Below, one piece after another: positions 41,844 to 51,704 of a stretch of DNA of 64,000 bases. The notes beneath the pieces were generated by a model, which saw only the letters and a list, made by a program, of their open reading frames with translations, did not search any database and was not told the origin of the DNA. Location of the stretch: contig JAQULM010000003.1 in the NCBI GenBank assembly GCA_028718605.1, forward strand, positions 80,971 to 144,970, given 5' to 3'. The first letter of the stretch is position 1. Each line of letters starts with the position of its first letter. A program made the translations under genes and the position numbers. This DNA is from Patescibacteria group bacterium (GTDB lineage: Bacteria > Patescibacteriota > Patescibacteriia > UBA10025 > JAHIVO01).

Positions 41844-43376
41844 TTATTTTTTTACTGGCGCCGGGGTACTGCCGAAATCCCGCGTTTTCTTGAAATCCTC
41901 GATCGCTGTTTTCAGTTTCGCTTCAAGGTCCGCATTCAGGTCGCCCTGTGAAGCAATATCCTTCAAGAGTGCCGAGGCTGACGTTTCAAGATACCGGTGC
42001 AATTCTGTTTCAAATTCCTTGATGCGCTCAACGGGCACGGAATCAAGCTGCCCATTCACCGCCGCGTAGAGGATCGCCACTTGCTGCGCAACCGGCATCG
42101 GCTCATACTGGCCCTGCTTCAAAATTTCGGTTAAGCGCTTGCCGCGCTCGAGCTGGCGCTTGGTCGCGTCGTCAAGATCCGAGCCGAACTGGGCGAACGC
42201 CGCGAGTTCACGGTACTGCGCCAATTCCATACGGAGCTTGCCCGCCACCTTCTTCATTGCCTTTGTCTGGGCAGACGAACCAACGCGGGATACTGACAAG
42301 CCGACATTAAGCGCTGGCCGTATGCCCTGGTAAAAGAGCTCCGGCTCCAAATAAATCTGGCCGTCGGTGATGGAGATGACGTTGGTGGGGATGTACGCCG
42401 AGATGTCGCCTGCTTGTGTCTCAATAATCGGCAGCGCGGTCAGCGAGCCGCCGCCGAGATCCTTGTTCATCTTGGCAGCCCGCTCGAGCAGCCGCGAGTG
42501 CAGGTAAAATACGTCGCCCGGATACGCTTCACGCCCCGGTGGCCGGCGCAGTAAGAGTGAAATCTCGCGGTATGCCCATGCGTGCTTGGAAAGGTCGTCA
42601 TAAATGACCAGTACGTCCTTGCCCTGGTCCATAAAATATTCGCCCATTGCGCACCCGGCGTAGGGAGCGATGAATGCGAGCGATGCCGGGTCAGACGCGC
42701 CGGCGACAACCAGGGTCGTATACTCCATAGCACCATGCTTCTCCAGTTCAGCGACGATCTTCGCGACTTTCGACTCTTTCTGGCCAATCGCTACATAGAT
42801 ACACGTCATGTCCTGCCCCTTCTGGTTGATGATTGTATCAATCGTGATCGCGGTTTTGCCGACCTGGCGGTCTCCAATGATGAGTTCGCGCTGTCCGCGG
42901 CCGATCGGGATCATGGAATCAATCGCCTTAATGCCCGTCTGTACTGGCTTTTTCACGGATTCACGGGTAATAACGCGCGGTGCGATCTTCTCGACCGGAT
43001 AGTATGTGTCAGTTTTGATATCTCCCTTGCCATCCAATGGCACGCCAAGCGGGTTCACAACACGGCCAACGACCGCTTCGCCGACCGGCACCTGGAGAAT
43101 GCGGCCGGTGCTCTTCACCGTATCGCCTTCGCGGATGCCTTCCTGCGTGCCAAGAATAATGGCGCCGACAATGCCTTCCTGGAGGTTTAATGCAACACCG
43201 TATTTCTCGCCGGGAAACTCAAGCATTTCAGACGCCATCGCGTCAGACAGGCCGGAAATGCGGGCGATGCCGTCACCGATTTCCTCGACGGTGCCGACTT
43301 TTTCGGTGGCAACTGAGGTTTTGTAATCGGCAATCTGTTTTTTCAGCTCTTCGATGATAAAGTCACGATTTGACAT
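41844..43376 (-). CDS. atpA: F1Fo ATP synthase alpha subunit
   Basis: GDRQVGKT P-loop. 510 aa. Confidence 0.95.
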   Translation of the reverse strand: MSNRDFIIEELKKQIADYKTSVATEKVGTVEEIGDGIARISGLSDAMASEMLEFPGEKYGVALNLQEGIVGAIILGTQEGIREGDTVKSTGRILQVPVGEAVVGRVVNPLGVPLDGKGDIKTDTYYPVEKIAPRVITRESVKKPVQTGIKAIDSMIPIGRGQRELIIGDRQVGKTAITIDTIINQKGQDMTCIYVAIGQKESKVAKIVAELEKHGAMEYTTLVVAGASDPASLAFIAPYAGCAMGEYFMDQGKDVLVIYDDLSKHAWAYREISLLLRRPPGREAYPGDVFYLHSRLLERAAKMNKDLGGGSLTALPIIETQAGDISAYIPTNVISITDGQIYLEPELFYQGIRPALNVGLSVSRVGSSAQTKAMKKVAGKLRMELAQYRELAAFAQFGSDLDDATKRQLERGKRLTEILKQGQYEPMPVAQQVAILYAAVNGQLDSVPVERIKEFETELHRYLETSASALLKDIASQGDLNADLEAKLKTAIEDFKKTRDFGSTPAPVKK

Positions 43377-43466
43377 ACTTGTTATATGCTGTTATCTTAT
43401 ACATTCAAATAAAATCGAAATGGATCTTTGGCTACTATTCAAACGAAACAATAGATTGGAGGCACG

Positions 43467-43649
43467 ATGCCCTGCTCATCCCCTGATGACCCGACTGATC
43501 TCGTGTGCAAGACGGAACGGAACGAACACATCTGCGACTACCGATTATCCTCGTCTGACGCGCGAACCTGTGTGCACGGGGGTGCACATTACTGCCCTCG
43601 ATGCTGGGGCGAGACGATCGTCGTCGAACCGCTCGTGGTTCTTACCTAG
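43467..43649 (+). CDS. small Cys-rich protein (60 aa) encoded antisense within the atpH-atpA gap
   Basis: TTGGAGGCACG precedes ATG. Six Cys residues (CKTERNEHIC...CVHGGAHYCPRC). A plus-strand hairpin GCCGGU-UAUCCGAAG-ACCGGC plus UCUUUUUAUUUUUU follows at 43678-43712. Confidence 0.35.
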   Translation: MPCSSPDDPTDLVCKTERNEHICDYRLSSSDARTCVHGGAHYCPRCWGETIVVEPLVVLT

Positions 43650-43677
43650 ACGGAACGAGGCGCTCTTTCCCCCGCAA

Positions 43678-43712
43678 GGGCCGGTTATCCGAAGACCGGC
43701 TCTTTTTATTTT
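43678..43712 (+). terminator. plus-strand rho-independent terminator overlapping the atpH stop codon
   Basis: Hairpin plus a 12-nt U-rich tract. On the minus strand it would be preceded by an A-tract, so it is not a terminator in that direction. Confidence 0.4.
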
Positions 43713-44107
43713 TTCAACGAATGCGAGAGTTGCGCAAGCTGCCGCTGGATGCTGCCGTCAATGACTGTATCCCCGTACCGCACCACAATACCGCCGATAA
43801 GCGCCGGTTCAACCGTCTCATGCATGACCACCGTTTTGGCAAGCGCACGGTGCAGGTGCGCTGTAATCAGCTCGCGGGTTTTCGTATCGAGCGCCTGCGC
43901 TGTCGTTACGTTGAGCTCAAGAATGCCTTCTTGCTCATTGGCGTATTGCCTGAATGCAGTGATAATCTTGTTCAGTTTCGCGCCATCCTTATTCCGCAAT
44001 ATGATCTTCAAGAACGAACGAATCGCTGCGGTCCCCTTTTCGTGCGGCAAACCGTGGACTGCCTGGTACAGGCTGCTGGCGTATTTTTTTGGCGTGATTG
44101 TGCTCAT
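43706..44107 (-). CDS. atpH: F1Fo ATP synthase delta subunit (OSCP)
   Basis: 133 aa. Its position between atpF and atpA and the C-terminal VVRYGDTVIDGSIQRQL. Confidence 0.8.
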   Translation of the reverse strand: MSTITPKKYASSLYQAVHGLPHEKGTAAIRSFLKIILRNKDGAKLNKIITAFRQYANEQEGILELNVTTAQALDTKTRELITAHLHRALAKTVVMHETVEPALIGGIVVRYGDTVIDGSIQRQLAQLSHSLKK

Positions 44108-44124
44108 TCGTTCATTCGTAGAAA

Positions 44125-44625
44125 TTAATCGCCTGTTTTCTTGATGGTATCCTCAACCAATTTCTTGTTTGTGTCATGGTCTAGATTCTTGCCGATAACC
44201 TGCCCCGCTGCAGCAATGACGAGGTCCGCAACCTGCCCTTTTGCCTCGCGCAACATGGTCTGCTTCTCCGCCTGGATGTCCTGTTTCACCTTCTCGGCCA
44301 TACGCTCCATCTCTTGCCGCGTCTCGGCGAGCTTCTCGCCCTTGACCTTTTCCGCGTCCCGGTGCGTCTGTTCCATGATGACTTGCGCTTCCTGCTTCGC
44401 TTCGGTGATCAGCTTTTCTTTTGACTGCTCCGCTTCCTGGAGTTTCCGCTCGATTTCCTTCGCCTGTTGGAGGCTCTTTTCGATATCGTCCGAGCGCTTG
44501 TGCATCATTTTCATAAGCGGTTTCAGGGCAAAATACCAGAGCACGCCGATGACGATACCGAAATTAACCACCTGTGCAATGAGAAGTTTCCAGTCGATAT
44601 GAAATGTTTTTACCAGTTCGTCCAT
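44125..44625 (-). CDS. atpF: F1Fo ATP synthase b subunit
   Basis: N-terminal TM helix, then a long charged coiled-coil. Confidence 0.85.
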   Translation of the reverse strand: MDELVKTFHIDWKLLIAQVVNFGIVIGVLWYFALKPLMKMMHKRSDDIEKSLQQAKEIERKLQEAEQSKEKLITEAKQEAQVIMEQTHRDAEKVKGEKLAETRQEMERMAEKVKQDIQAEKQTMLREAKGQVADLVIAAAGQVIGKNLDHDTNKKLVEDTIKKTGD

Positions 44626-44691
44626 ACGAATTCGATTATAATCTTAGAGCTGGAGGAGGCTTATAGAATAAACCTCCTGTATGCCATAAGA

Positions 44692-44931
<240 letters not shown>

Positions 44932-44989
44932 CTACTCGACGTGGTTTTTTAGTTTATCGTCGGTGTTTGCGGCAATTAATTAATAATAA

Positions 44990-45904
44990 CTAATGTTCTT
45001 CAGCAGTTGAGGCGATAGTAAAGTATACCAGCATCAGCATTGAGAATATCAGCGCCTGGATGACGCCAACGATAATCTCCAGGAACATAAACGGCACGGG
45101 AAGCACAAAAGCGAAAATGACTGCCATTGACGAAAGCAGCACTTCACCCGCGAAAATGTTGCCGAATAACCGAAATGAGAGCGACGCGATTTTTGCTGCT
45201 TCGCCGATAATCTCGATGATGCCGACGAAAAACTTAATCGGGTTCACGAAGGCAAGCGTCGGCTGTTTCCGTATCTTAACTGGAACCTCGGCAAGCACTT
45301 TGATATTCACGAATTTATTGAAGTGTTTCCAGATGCCGACGGTAATAATCCCAAAAAGATTCGAACCGACAACAGCAATGAGCGCCAGGGCAAGTGTCGT
45401 ATTCAGGTCGGCAGTGCCGCCGCGGAAAAACGGGATAAACACACTCTCGCCGTGTCCCTGCTCCAGGAAGCCGATCGATCCAATGCCGGGAATGAGCCCG
45501 AGCCAGTTGTTGAGGAGAATAAATAAAAACGCAGCGAATACGAACGGGAAGATACGCTCGGTCTTTTTTCGGTCGCCAGTTACCGAATCCGCCATGCCCA
45601 TCGCACCCTCGACAACCATTTCAAACAAATTCTGTATGCCGCGGGGAATCCGCGCGATTTTTTTCCGGATGACGAACGCAAAAACAACGAGCAGCAAAAC
45701 GACTGCCCACGAATTGATGAGCGAATTGGTCACGGAAAACGGACCGACGGTGAATATCGGCTCGGCATACAGCGTCGGCTCATGCGAAACTTCCGCACTG
45801 GTTTCCGCATGCTCCGCGTCGGTGCCGGTTAGCAATTCCGTATTTGCCGTTTCGGCTACGATAGGAACTTCTTCAGCTGTTGCGATGTGAATCATGTTGA
45901 GCAT
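44990..45904 (-). CDS. atpB: F1Fo ATP synthase a subunit
   Basis: Polytopic. LSFRLFGNIFAGE conserved Arg region. Confidence 0.9.
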   Translation of the reverse strand: MLNMIHIATAEEVPIVAETANTELLTGTDAEHAETSAEVSHEPTLYAEPIFTVGPFSVTNSLINSWAVVLLLVVFAFVIRKKIARIPRGIQNLFEMVVEGAMGMADSVTGDRKKTERIFPFVFAAFLFILLNNWLGLIPGIGSIGFLEQGHGESVFIPFFRGGTADLNTTLALALIAVVGSNLFGIITVGIWKHFNKFVNIKVLAEVPVKIRKQPTLAFVNPIKFFVGIIEIIGEAAKIASLSFRLFGNIFAGEVLLSSMAVIFAFVLPVPFMFLEIIVGVIQALIFSMLMLVYFTIASTAEEH

Positions 45905-46169
45905 TCGAATCGTTCTTCTTTATTTGCTGCTTCCCCTCCCGTTCGATCTGCCGGATATATTTTATTGCGACGGTCGCAATCCCGATGCTTGAGATGACGA
46001 ACGCGATCCCGGTCAGTCCGAGATAAAACCAAGGCTCGCTGTTGTTTTTCTCGTCCAGGTACCGCCCCAAAAAGAGCGCTACGAGGATCGGTGCTGCGAT
46101 CCAGCCGGTTACTTCCGCGAATACAGTCAAGCCCGGCTGCCACCATGGTTTCTCAGGCTTTCCATCCAT
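45873..46169 (-). CDS. AtpZ/AtpI-like small membrane protein preceding atpB
   Basis: Start MDGKPEKPWWQPG with two TM helices. It overlaps the atpB start by 32 nt. The ORF-track start at 46310 was rejected. Confidence 0.45.
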   Translation of the reverse strand: MDGKPEKPWWQPGLTVFAEVTGWIAAPILVALFLGRYLDEKNNSEPWFYLGLTGIAFVISSIGIATVAIKYIRQIEREGKQQIKKNDSNAQHDSHRNS

Positions 46170-46315
46170 ATGTTCTCTTTTTAAAAATGGTGAAAAACCT
46201 GCCCGATAACGGTAAAAAATAGCTCTGGATATCCACAAGTTGGCTCTAATTCTAATAGAAATCGGCCCAAAAAGCAATACCGCGAATTTTTGAAAATGTG
46301 GAAATCGCAAATATT

Positions 46316-46352
46316 AGCAAAAATAAATGGCGGGACCCTACGAGTTCCCGCC
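46316..46352 (-). terminator. rho-independent terminator upstream of the atp operon
   Basis: Minus-strand GGCGGGAACUCGUAGGGUCCCGCC followed by AUUUAUUUUUG. Confidence 0.5.
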
Positions 46353-46392
46353 ATTTGATGGCAAATCTCTGCGTTGGCTTTCACGCACATTT

Positions 46393-46836
46393 TTAACGCC
46401 TCGAGCGGGCTAAATTCGCCCGCCGTTTAACGAGCCACCGGTAGAGAACCCCGGCGAACATAGACGGCGTCAAATCCATTTGGACGTGGCCCATATCCTC
46501 AGTTGGATAATCCTGAAGGTGCCCCATAGTAGGCACTCTCCTGATGTGCGGCGATCGTACCGTCGGCAACCCCAACTGCTCGGAAAGCTCCATGCAGATG
46601 CTGTGCGGATCACTCGACCCGAGCCCGATATCCACGAATCGCGTGTTAGCTGTCACCGGTTCGTAGGGAACATCGGCAGGCAATGGGATCGGGATCGCCG
46701 GGCACCCGGGCTGGAAAATGTTCCGGAGATGGCCCGCATATCGAGGTGCGGACAGCTTCGGTTCCCGCATACCGTTAATGATCGCCACAAGCGCAGCGCA
46801 GATTTGCGCCTCGGTTACGACAACTTCTGGAACCAT
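46393..46836 (-). CDS. hypothetical protein
   Basis: 147-aa ORF. No motif recognised. Confidence 0.45.
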   Translation of the reverse strand: MVPEVVVTEAQICAALVAIINGMREPKLSAPRYAGHLRNIFQPGCPAIPIPLPADVPYEPVTANTRFVDIGLGSSDPHSICMELSEQLGLPTVRSPHIRRVPTMGHLQDYPTEDMGHVQMDLTPSMFAGVLYRWLVKRRANLARSRR

Positions 46837-46919
46837 GTTTATATCCTCACTCTATGTATGTTTCTTTTTATATCACGTGACGATACGCTTATTTTTGAAA
46901 TCCGTCAAGTGTGCACGTT

Positions 46920-46948
46920 TTGCATGATTATCCACGGCACGATACAAT
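46920..46948 (+). promoter_or_regulatory. promoter TTGCAT-17-TACAAT
   Basis: TTGCAT at 46920-46925 and TACAAT at 46943-46948. AAAGGAG and a GTG start follow. Confidence 0.4.
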
Positions 46949-46982
46949 AGCGGCTCCACCCAATACCACAAAAGGAGTCTGT

Positions 46983-47225
46983 GTGGCTGAAACAAAACCA
47001 AAAGCGGACATTACGCTCGTGAGGCGTGACGGGATGTACACGTTCACCGTCAACGGCCAAACGCCCCCCGACACCGAAACCCACCACTGGTTCCCCGCTG
47101 ACCTGCACTCAGCAGTTGTCATCAAGGACCTCGAAGCCGGCGAACAGGGTGTCCGTTTTACTGCAGTATACACGCACCGTGACGTCGAACGGCAAAAGGC
47201 ATTCAACTTTGCCTGGAGTGCCTAA
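46983..47225 (+). CDS. hypothetical small protein (GTG start, 80 aa)
   Basis: AAAGGAG lies 5 nt before GTG. An imperfect terminator follows at 47230-47285. Confidence 0.4.
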   Translation: MAETKPKADITLVRRDGMYTFTVNGQTPPDTETHHWFPADLHSAVVIKDLEAGEQGVRFTAVYTHRDVERQKAFNFAWSA

Positions 47226-47299
47226 ATCCCGCCGCTCCTACAACACTCTTCCCACGCTGTGCACATCGTTCAGCGGGGCGTATTTTTTCTGGCCAACGG

Positions 47300-48316
47300 T
47301 TATCCGATAAACTCCCGCAGCTCCTCATACTGCCGCCAATTATCCTCCGATACCTCAGCTGCTGGCGGGAGCATCACACGCATCCACCGCTTCACGACCG
47401 GCTCATGGAATGCTCCGGCCTTTGTTTCTTCCAGAATAAAGTATAGCGCATCAACGGGTGAATTGGACCGGTCTGCGTACCGGCGGCGCTGGATCATCGC
47501 CTGGTGGACATCCGCGAGATGCAGAAGCTCGCTCGCAACGACTGAAACACGCAGCACTTCCTTGGTAACATTTGCGCCCTCTTCACCATGCTCTTTGTAC
47601 TGGTGGTGCGCGCCAGCGAGATCCGCGACTCGCTCGCGGTCAGGAATATTCGACTCGCTGATGATGTCACGTGAATACTGCTCATGACGGCGGATTGCGT
47701 CCATGAATGATTCTGTATACGGATCTAAGCCATACCGCTGTATTTCATCAATCGCTTCGGGATTGTCACGGAAACACTGCTGGAGCGATACATAATCACG
47801 AAGATCCAAGTGCATAAAATCTTTATCGGACATCGTATCCAAATTCTTGCCGTCCTTCGCGAGCTGTGCACGGATAAAATCAGGATCTGCTTCTAAATTA
47901 GAATAAAATTGCTCCCTGAAATACGTGTCGGTAAAGGAACCTTTCAACACGCAATCGGGAACCCCCACCTTGCCGACATCATGCAGCAATGCTGCACGGA
48001 AAAACGTCTCCTTCGTAATGCCTTCCGCTGCCAGGTCATCCTTGAATTCATCATATTCACGGTGCGCAATGCGCGCAACCTCGAGTGAGTGGTTAAAATA
48101 CAGATCAAACTTTTTATTGAGGAGCGCGAGATAGTGCGCTTCCTCGTCCGATATTAATTCCTTCACTTCAGAGGGGAGTTCCTTGAACCGCGTGCGAACA
48201 GCTTCGATATCAGCCTGCTCGAGCTCTCCAAGCCCTTGCTGGACATGGTCTCTGATATTGAACACGCTTACCTGCGGTTCCCGTTCTTCTGGTGGTTGAT
48301 CGATGTTTGGTGCCAT
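47300..48316 (-). CDS. HD-domain phosphohydrolase family protein
   Basis: ALLHDVGK HD motif. Upstream His in VARIAHREYD. Confidence 0.65.
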   Translation of the reverse strand: MAPNIDQPPEEREPQVSVFNIRDHVQQGLGELEQADIEAVRTRFKELPSEVKELISDEEAHYLALLNKKFDLYFNHSLEVARIAHREYDEFKDDLAAEGITKETFFRAALLHDVGKVGVPDCVLKGSFTDTYFREQFYSNLEADPDFIRAQLAKDGKNLDTMSDKDFMHLDLRDYVSLQQCFRDNPEAIDEIQRYGLDPYTESFMDAIRRHEQYSRDIISESNIPDRERVADLAGAHHQYKEHGEEGANVTKEVLRVSVVASELLHLADVHQAMIQRRRYADRSNSPVDALYFILEETKAGAFHEPVVKRWMRVMLPPAAEVSEDNWRQYEELREFIG

Positions 48317-48337
48317 AGTTTTCTAAAGCACTGATAC

Positions 48338-48889
48338 TTAACGATGAAACTTTCGAACCACTGTGCGTGTTAATAAATACGCAGCTGAAAACACGCTGAA
48401 GCACCCTAACGCCCACACGGTATAATTCAAATACGTCGCGCTGTTTGATGTCACGTCGTTCCAGCATGCGCCAATGTTCGGGGTGCACCCTGGCGCCTGG
48501 TCAACCAGCGCAACGCCGATGCCGCACAGCCCGTTTTCAACATTCACCTTCCTGCACCCATCGATGGTCGACGCGGCCGGGTGCGTGTACCGGAACTGCG
48601 CGACCGGAAACGGAAATCCCGTTTTACGGACATACTGCGATTCGCCTTCCTTCGTTTGCGGACCCCACACGTAATCAGAAGCGTACCCGCCGACGAAGTA
48701 CCCGCCGGCCAGCGACATGATGACAATAACAATAATAACGATCAAGCTAACATGCGAACGTTGTTGTACCGGAAGTACGGCCATTGCCTGCTCCTCTCTC
48801 CACCCTGTTTGGATCAGGGATGCACGAATATCCGCATCACTCTTCCCGAGCGAACGTTCCTGGGAGATATAATCTTCAAGATATCCCAT
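48338..48889 (-). CDS. hypothetical membrane protein with a Cys-rich ectodomain
   Basis: One TM helix (SLIVIIVIVIMSLAGGYFVGGY), then a Cys/Gly-rich region. Confidence 0.45.
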   Translation of the reverse strand: MGYLEDYISQERSLGKSDADIRASLIQTGWREEQAMAVLPVQQRSHVSLIVIIVIVIMSLAGGYFVGGYASDYVWGPQTKEGESQYVRKTGFPFPVAQFRYTHPAASTIDGCRKVNVENGLCGIGVALVDQAPGCTPNIGACWNDVTSNSATYLNYTVWALGCFSVFSAAYLLTRTVVRKFHR

Positions 48890-48892
48890 AGA

Positions 48893-49978
48893 TTATTCTT
48901 CCTTCGGTTTTTCGATCTCCAGCGGCTCGACAGCTCCACCGACCTCGGCAATTTTTAATACATCCTTGTCAACTTTCTTGAATTCCTTGTATGCCGAATT
49001 ATAACTGCTCACCGTCGTGCCGAGGTGCTGCCCGACTTTCTGCATGTATGTCTCGTACGACAGCAAATGCTTGCCGAGCTGTTCCACGTTCTTGCGGATC
49101 TCTTTTGCCGACTCTTCGATCTGCAGTGCGCGCAAACCCTGCAGCACCGTCTGCAAGTACGCCAAGAATGACGTCGGCGATACAATAATGACATGCTTTT
49201 CCTTAAACGCGTACTCGATGAGGTCGCGCGTGTTTACCTTGACCGCACCGACTTTATTCACGAGTAAATCGTAATAAATCGCCTCAGACGGGATGAACAT
49301 GAACGCAAAATCCATCGTGTCCTCGGACGGCCGCACGTACTTTGAGGTTTCATCAATGCGGTTTTTCAGGTCCGCCTTGAACTGGACTTCCAGCGCTTGC
49401 TTTTCCTTCTCATCACGTTCATTCAATATACGCTCATAGTTCTCCAGTGAAAACTTCGAGTCAACGGGAATGATTTTATCTTTTACGAACACAACTGCAT
49501 CGACAATTTCACCGTCCTTGAACTTGTATTGCATCTTGTACGAATTCGGAGGCAGCACATTTTTCAGCGTCTCCTCAAGGTAATACTCGCCCAGCACCCC
49601 GCGCTGTTTCGGGTTTTTTAAAATGTCCTGCAGGTTTTTCAGCTGGTCGGAGAAATTCAAGACTTGCTTGTTCGTTTCGTCGAGCTTGGTCAATTTTTCG
49701 GTGACGTCGCGCACGATCCGCGTCGAATGCCCGAACTGCTCCTGGATCACGCGCGTTGTTTCGGTGAGCTTGGAATCGAGCACCCGCGTCTGTTCGGTGC
49801 TCTTTTCATTGAGCTGGTTAATGCGCTCTTCCAGGCGCACGATTTTTTCATACGCCTCGGGGTTTCCTCCAGCGCCAGAACCGCCCCGGCGGATGGTAAC
49901 CAGGGTAACGATGATGCTGATAAGCACGAGACTCCCGATAATTAGCAATGCGATGTCCATATGCAAGCATTGTACCAA
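48893..49978 (-). CDS. rmuC: DNA recombination protein RmuC
   Basis: N-terminal TM helix, long coiled-coil, and the RmuC C-terminal domain. The start is possibly at MDIALL (49960). Confidence 0.75.
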   Translation of the reverse strand: MVQCLHMDIALLIIGSLVLISIIVTLVTIRRGGSGAGGNPEAYEKIVRLEERINQLNEKSTEQTRVLDSKLTETTRVIQEQFGHSTRIVRDVTEKLTKLDETNKQVLNFSDQLKNLQDILKNPKQRGVLGEYYLEETLKNVLPPNSYKMQYKFKDGEIVDAVVFVKDKIIPVDSKFSLENYERILNERDEKEKQALEVQFKADLKNRIDETSKYVRPSEDTMDFAFMFIPSEAIYYDLLVNKVGAVKVNTRDLIEYAFKEKHVIIVSPTSFLAYLQTVLQGLRALQIEESAKEIRKNVEQLGKHLLSYETYMQKVGQHLGTTVSSYNSAYKEFKKVDKDVLKIAEVGGAVEPLEIEKPKEE

Positions 49979-50005
49979 AAAAACGACTCCTCTTCAATCA
50001 AAAAA

Positions 50006-50045
50006 CAAACCCCCGCCATATGGAAGCGCGGGGGTCTTACAATGT
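50006..50045 (-). terminator. rho-independent terminator
   Basis: Minus-strand ACCCCCGCGCUUCCAUAUGGCGGGGGU followed by UUGUUUUUUG. Confidence 0.5.
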
Positions 50046-50066
50046 GATATGCGGTGCATGGGAATC

Positions 50067-50486
50067 CTACTGAATCCCCACGCTTTTCATAACTCCGACA
50101 ACATATGCGCACAGTTCGCATGGTTCCGCCCCATTACGGCCGCTGCCGTTGAGATGGTTTGTAATGCTGCGATTTTCAGCTTTACCGAGCTCCCCGCGAA
50201 CGTATTGTGCAAGCTCATCCCGAGTCGGATGGCCGGCAATAACGACGATCGGCCGTACCGGTAAAACTCCATGGTACATGCCCTGCGTCCATTGTGCGAT
50301 TAATACCGCTCTGGCTTCCCTATCGCGATCGCTCCAGTAGTCACAGCACTGCTTGCACGTGCGTAAGTGCTTCCTGAGCCGGCCAGCCTCAATAGCAGTC
50401 ATGCCGTGCTGAATATTTTTAACAATGAGACGTTGCGCTTCTTCACAGCCGATGTCGGAATAGGTATTAGCATTTTTCATGAGCAA
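50067..50486 (-). CDS. putative anti-sigma factor (zf-HC2 zinc-finger type) with no adjacent ECF sigma gene
   Basis: CEEAQRLIVKNIQHGMTAIEAGRLRKHLRTCKQCC matches the C..H..C..C anti-sigma zinc finger. A second Cys pair lies at the C-terminus. RBS GGAGGG. Confidence 0.45.
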   Translation of the reverse strand: MLMKNANTYSDIGCEEAQRLIVKNIQHGMTAIEAGRLRKHLRTCKQCCDYWSDRDREARAVLIAQWTQGMYHGVLPVRPIVVIAGHPTRDELAQYVRGELGKAENRSITNHLNGSGRNGAEPCELCAYVVGVMKSVGIQ

Positions 50487-50750
50487 CCCTCCAGGAACTG
50501 TTTGTACTGTTGTTTCAATTCTGTTAACAGCGTAATGCCATCAGCGGGATACGTCAATACGAGCATTCTCTTACTAACCTATGAGGAAAATAGGAACAAT
50601 AGATTGGTTGAATGGGTGTTAGCGCAGTAGTATTGCTGAACAGTAATGCGCCGACTATACAATGGGGTCCGGGGGCTTCATTAAGCCCATCTATGAAATG
50701 AAATCGATATTAAAGGCGAGCGCATTGAAGCCCCCGGCGGTTCTTTTCTG

Positions 50751-50778
50751 TCACTTTTCTTGCCGTCAAGAAAAGTGA
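50751..50778. repeat. perfect 12-bp inverted repeat TCACTTTTCTTG-CCGT-CAAGAAAAGTGA
   Basis: Located in the 370-nt region upstream of the anti-sigma gene. A related CTTTTCTGT...AAGAAAAGTG motif lies at 61638-61662. Confidence 0.4.
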
Positions 50779-50858
50779 CTTCACCAGTATCGATAAACTA
50801 ATTGACGAGCGCACCCACGGTGAGGCGCACTCGGAAGATTTTTAAATCCATTACACCT

Positions 50859-51698
50859 CTACCGCAACCTAAAAAACTCGGTCGCGTTCTTACCGGTCTG
50901 CTCCTCAACCTCCTCGTACGTGATGCCTTTCAATTCGGCAACCCGGTCAGCGACGTACCGCACGAACCGCGGCTCGTTGCGCTTGCCCCGCACCATCTGG
51001 GGCGCCAGGTACGGCGCGTCCGTTTCAACCATGAGCCGGTCGAGGGGTGTTTTTTTTACGGCTTCTTCGAGAAGTTTCGTCTTGGGATACGTGATAACGC
51101 CGGTGAAAGAAATCATGAACCCGGCATCGAGGAACTGCTTCGCGATCGGCCAGTCCGCAGTAAAGCAGTGCAGTACGCCGCGGCTATACCCCGCTTCTTT
51201 CAGAACCTTCAGCATGTGCAGGTACGGGCGATGCTCATCCCCTTTCGCGCCCCGGCAGTGCAAGATGATCGGCAGCCGCAATTTCATTGCGAGCTGGACG
51301 CCTTTCAGGAATGTCCACCGCTGCGCGCGTTCAAACTCCTCTTCCTTGATCTTCGGCGGTCGGTGAAAATAATCGAGGCCCATCTCTCCGATAGCAACAA
51401 CGTGGGGATCACGCGCAAGTGCTTGGTACCGTTCAGCTGAAAACTTCTCCTGCCGCGTGGTAAACGGCATTTCTGCCTCGTCCACTTCCATATCGAATAG
51501 ATGTATCGGGTGCAGCCCGATAGCGGCATAACATACGCCCGGGTGCTCATTCGCAAGCTTCACCGCGCGTTCACTGGTAGAATACTGCGACCCAACATTA
51601 ATTACCCTCATCCCGTCATCAATAATGCGCTGCATAACCTCATCGAGATCATTCTTGTATGCAGAAAAATTCAGGTGAGCATGGGTGTCAATCAGCAT
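50859..51698 (-). CDS. TatD-family metal-dependent hydrolase (paralog 1)
   Basis: MLIDTHAHLNF... TIM-barrel metal-ligand pattern. Confidence 0.8.
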   Translation of the reverse strand: MLIDTHAHLNFSAYKNDLDEVMQRIIDDGMRVINVGSQYSTSERAVKLANEHPGVCYAAIGLHPIHLFDMEVDEAEMPFTTRQEKFSAERYQALARDPHVVAIGEMGLDYFHRPPKIKEEEFERAQRWTFLKGVQLAMKLRLPIILHCRGAKGDEHRPYLHMLKVLKEAGYSRGVLHCFTADWPIAKQFLDAGFMISFTGVITYPKTKLLEEAVKKTPLDRLMVETDAPYLAPQMVRGKRNEPRFVRYVADRVAELKGITYEEVEEQTGKNATEFFRLR

Positions 51699-51704
51699 AG
51701 AGTA

